Origin: Dehalococcoidia bacterium
Lineage (GTDB): Bacteria; Chloroflexota; Dehalococcoidia; SM23-28-2; RBG-16-64-32
Direction of reading: 5' to 3'
Length of the DNA: 64,000 nucleotides
Assembly: GCA_963665775.2 (NCBI GenBank)
Contig: CAXXTF010000001.1
Location: 96,001-160,000, forward strand
This document shows, piece by piece, positions 61,633-64,000 of the stretch. Numbering within the stretch: the stretch's first letter is position 1; the number at the start of each line of letters is the position of its first letter. The notes below the pieces were generated by a model that was given only the letters and a program-made list of their open reading frames with translations, was not told the DNA's origin and did no database searches. A program made the position numbers and the translations under genes.

Positions 61633-62313
61633 ATGTCGCCCCGCCTCAGTCGCGGCGTTCTCATCACCCTGGAAGGCGGCGACGGCTCCGGCAAGTCCAC
61701 CCAGGCGGCGGCCCTGGCGGAGCTGCTGCGAGGCGACGGATACGCGGTGCTCCTGACTGAGGAGCCCGCCGGAACCGAGCTGGGCCGGGCGATCAAGGGC
61801 ATCTTCGAGCAGCTGGCAGCTCGAGGCCCGACGCTCTCTATGAGCCCGACCGCGGAGCTGTTCCTTTTCGAGGCGGCCCGCGCCCAGCACGTCGAGGAAG
61901 TGATCCGTCCTGCCCTGGAGCGAGGCGAGGTGGTCCTCTGCGACCGCTTCTGCGACTCCACCCTGGCCTATCAAGGCTACGGCCGGGGGCTGAATCTGGA
62001 CCACATCAGAGCCTGCAACCATATCGCCACCGGCGGCCTGACGCCGGACCTCACACTCGTGTTGGACGTCCCCCCGGAGATAGGGCTGGCCAGGGCGGAT
62101 ACTGGCACCGCCGGGATCGAGGCCCAAGAGAAGGCCCGCGACTCCATAGGCCAGGAATCCCTAGCGTTCCACCAGCGGGTTCGGGAGGGCTTCGCAACTC
62201 TATCCCTGAAACAGCCGGATCGTATGATCACCCTGGACGCCACACTACCCCAGGCGGCTGTAACCCAGGCAGCCTGGGAGCATACCGGCAACCGCCTGGA
62301 GCACATCCTCTGA
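61633..62313 (+). CDS. tmk: Thymidylate kinase
   Basis: EGGDGSGKSTQ, CDRF.DST.AYQGYGRG, PDLT. Confidence 0.95.
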   Translation: MSPRLSRGVLITLEGGDGSGKSTQAAALAELLRGDGYAVLLTEEPAGTELGRAIKGIFEQLAARGPTLSMSPTAELFLFEAARAQHVEEVIRPALERGEVVLCDRFCDSTLAYQGYGRGLNLDHIRACNHIATGGLTPDLTLVLDVPPEIGLARADTGTAGIEAQEKARDSIGQESLAFHQRVREGFATLSLKQPDRMITLDATLPQAAVTQAAWEHTGNRLEHIL

Positions 62314-62395
62314 CGTCAAGGCCGCTCCCTTTCGCTGGACAAACCTGAGCCGCGACCTATATCATGACCGTGGTATCTACCGCCAAGGAGGAGAT

Positions 62396-62770
62396 TTGGC
62401 CACTCGATCGGCCGCAAAGGCCCACCGTCAGTCCCTGAAGAAGCGACTCCGCAACCGCCAGATTCGGAGCGCTACCAAGAGCACCGTCAAGCAGGCCGTC
62501 ACCAGCATCACCAGCATCACCAGCGGCGACATGGATGCGGCGCGGAACGATGTGCGCATCGCCATCCGCGAGCTGGACCGGACAGCCAGTAAGGGTGTCG
62601 TCCACCCCAACAACGCGGCCCGACGCAAGTCCCGCTTGCTCCTCAAGTACAACGCCGCCGTAGCCGCCCTTCAGACCACGGCCGCTGAGAAGCCCAAGCA
62701 GGCCGCCAAGCGCAAGCCGGCGCAGCGCCGTACCAGCCGCACCGCCAGCGCCAAGAAGGCCAAAGGCTAA
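62396..62770 (+). CDS. rpsT: 30S ribosomal protein S20 with Lys/Ala-rich tail
   Basis: SAAKAHRQS..RLRN, KGVVHPNNAARRKSRL; TTG start with strong SD. Confidence 0.93.
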   Translation: MATRSAAKAHRQSLKKRLRNRQIRSATKSTVKQAVTSITSITSGDMDAARNDVRIAIRELDRTASKGVVHPNNAARRKSRLLLKYNAAVAALQTTAAEKPKQAAKRKPAQRRTSRTASAKKAKG

Positions 62771-62925
62771 CCCATAAACCACGCCGTCGCAATCCATAGC
62801 GAGGATCGCCCCATGCTTCAACCATTCACCGTAGCTGTGGCTCGCGCGCCCGTCCTAGCCGGGCGGCGGCGATCCCCGGTAGCGGTCCGTATCGCCCGGC
62901 CCGGGCAGGAAGGCACGCCGCGACT

Positions 62926-63954
62926 GTGAAGGTTTGCGTATTTCAGGGCCCCGGCAGGGTCACCGTTGAGTCGCGCTCGATCCCATCGCCGGGCCCTGGC
63001 GAGATTCTGATGCGGATGCAGGCCACGGGCATCTGCTACTCCGACATTCGCGTATACAAGGGCCAAAAGCAGGCCCGCCTCGGCGTGATCCCCGGCCACG
63101 AAATGGTGGGCGCCGTTGAGGCGCTGGGAGAGGGCGTTGACGGCTTCTCCATCGGCCAGCGAATCGCCGTTTGTCCCATCATCGCCTGCGGGTCCTGCTA
63201 CTACTGCCTGCGTGGGTTGCGCAACCGTTGTCTGAAGCGGGTGACCATGGGCTACGAGGAGGACGGCGGCCTGGCCGAGTACGCCGTGATTCCCGCCGCC
63301 ATCGTCGCCATCGGACACGTTTTCCCAGTACCGGAAGGGCTCCCGTCCGAACGGGCCGCGCTGATGGAGCCGCTGGCCTGCGTCCTCAACTCGCTGGAGA
63401 CCTGCCAACTGGAGCCCGGTGGCTCGCTGGTTCTGCTAGGGGCCGGCCCGATGGGCCTCCTGCACCTCCTTCTCGCCCGCACCATGGGCATCGCCACGGT
63501 CATCGTCAGCGAGATGCTGGAGGAGCGACGGGAATACGCCCGCCGTTTCGGCGCCAGCCTGATCCTAGATCCGCAGAAGGACGACCTGACAACCGCGGTT
63601 CTGGACGCCACGGGAGGCCTGGGCGCGGACGCCGTCGTGGTCACGACCGGCGTCGGGGAGCTGCTGGCGGCGGCGCTGCCCATCGTGCGGCGCCAGGGGG
63701 TCATAAACCTGTTCGCGGGCTTCCCAACGGACACCACCGTGAACTTTGACCCCAACTTCGTCCACTATTCGGAGGTCATCCTCACCGGAAGCCAGAACGC
63801 CACATCGGATCAGTACCGGCGAGCGCTGCATCTGCTGACCATCATGCCCCAGGCCACGGAGCTCAACACGCACGTCTTCCCAATAGCGGACGGACCGAAG
63901 GCCTACGAATCCCGGCTGGGTATGGACGGCCTGAAGTCGCTGGTGATATTCTAG
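62926..63954 (+). CDS. Zn-dependent medium-chain dehydrogenase (sorbitol/iditol DH-like)
   Basis: GICYSD, GHE, CxxCxxC-x7-C, GAGPMG. Confidence 0.9.
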   Translation: MKVCVFQGPGRVTVESRSIPSPGPGEILMRMQATGICYSDIRVYKGQKQARLGVIPGHEMVGAVEALGEGVDGFSIGQRIAVCPIIACGSCYYCLRGLRNRCLKRVTMGYEEDGGLAEYAVIPAAIVAIGHVFPVPEGLPSERAALMEPLACVLNSLETCQLEPGGSLVLLGAGPMGLLHLLLARTMGIATVIVSEMLEERREYARRFGASLILDPQKDDLTTAVLDATGGLGADAVVVTTGVGELLAAALPIVRRQGVINLFAGFPTDTTVNFDPNFVHYSEVILTGSQNATSDQYRRALHLLTIMPQATELNTHVFPIADGPKAYESRLGMDGLKSLVIF

Positions 63955-64000
63955 TCCGCGAACTTTCCCTCAACCAACGATCTCAACGAGGAGGATGTCC

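Noticed and set aside
62500-62525. 9-bp microduplication in rpsT (TSITSITS) and short duplication in pfkB (AQTPRAQ)
   Set aside because: Most simply explained by replication slippage in tolerant loops.

Overview
High-GC bacterial chromosomal segment, most likely Chloroflexota/Dehalococcoidia (inferred from gene content, type-2 IleRS, Gram-positive-type SOS boxes and conserved hypotheticals). It is mostly housekeeping. Purine genes are purL (truncated at the window edge), purF, purM and purH. tRNA-modification genes are mnmA, tsaB, tsaE and mtaB. Also present are gyrA, rpsF-ssb-rpsR, rpsT, glyA, hom/thrC, folE/folP/folK, pdxST, dnaJ-prmA, holA, tmk, a Fur/Zur-controlled metal ABC system, an MshA/PIG-L/GNAT cluster, tRNA-Pro(CGG) and an Ile T-box. 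I found no transposase, integrase, prophage or CRISPR. The most unusual signals are: (1) a ~24-bp repeat inserted in frame in ileS (twice) and purM, with a nested intergenic copy; (2) a RusA-like nuclease gene between the Ile T-box and ileS; (3) a stand-alone NrdJ-type Zn-ribbon mini-protein behind two LexA-like boxes; (4) an in-frame amber codon in long HPF; (5) an isochorismatase-fold protein with an apparent Glu-Arg-Ser triad, next to a diverged 136-bp duplicate of a flippase segment; (6) repeat-expanded S18 and the GxHH form of IleRS. All calls come from reading motifs by eye; no database searches were run.
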